The position numbers were made by a program, and so were the translations under genes. Below, piece after piece: positions 47,633-47,807 of a stretch of 47,807 nt of DNA. Numbering within the stretch: the first letter of the stretch is position 1; each line of letters starts with the position of its first letter. The stretch is from NCBI GenBank assembly GCA_046290225.1, contig JBKAGE010000012.1:1-47807 (forward strand). Reading direction: 5' to 3'. The notes under the pieces were generated by a model. That model had not been told where the DNA came from, ran no database searches, and saw only the letters and a list, made by a program, of their open reading frames with translations. Source of the DNA: Bradymonadia bacterium (GTDB taxonomy: Bacteria > Myxococcota_A > Bradymonadia > UBA7976 > UBA1532).

Positions 47633-47807
47633 ACGTGCACAACGCTTTTATGGCTTTGTGGGACTTTCTAGGGCTCTTTGGAGCTTCTGGCTGCCGTCAT
47701 CTCCGCGTCTCCGGTACGTCAGGCCAAGCCTGTTTGAACATGTCAGATGAAAGGTGCTGACCATGTGAATTGCTCGTTCGACATGTAGACCGCCAGGCTG
47801 TGGACGA

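Overview
GC-rich bacterial window, most likely from a Myxococcota-type organism (inferred from a MYXO-CTERM-like tail, many Cys/Asp-rich surface lipoproteins, a CarH-crt locus and a Myxococcus-type LexA box). About 30 credible CDS: a 5'-truncated giant surface PQQ-dehydrogenase/di-heme cytochrome, two Cys-rich S8 proteases, a PPC-domain lipoprotein, a di-heme peroxidase, a pyroglutamyl peptidase, a tandem ArsA-family ATPase pair, carH divergent from crtI-crtB-crtE, an orphan ECF sigma factor, an M20 amidohydrolase, an R2K ATP-grasp protein, a coupled carotenoid oxygenase-lipocalin-PaaN-thiolase-esterase operon, an M48 peptidase and recQ. The most notable signals are non-coding. (1) Three copies of a ~170-185 bp long-hairpin element (family B) have conserved ends and core but freely co-varying stems; each lies 3-6 nt after a stop codon, and in two cases the last 35-40 nt of the host gene are tandemly duplicated into the element. 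(2) Two copies of a ~300-370 bp MITE/REPIN-like element (family A) have (GGGCAC)5 terminal inverted repeats, with the core inverted relative to a shared flank. (3) An array of CarH-like operator boxes overlaps a near-consensus sigma70 promoter of the ECF sigma gene, suggesting a light/B12 -> CarH -> ECF cascade. No CRISPR array, tRNA, rRNA or intact transposase was seen. All calls were made by eye; no database searches were run.
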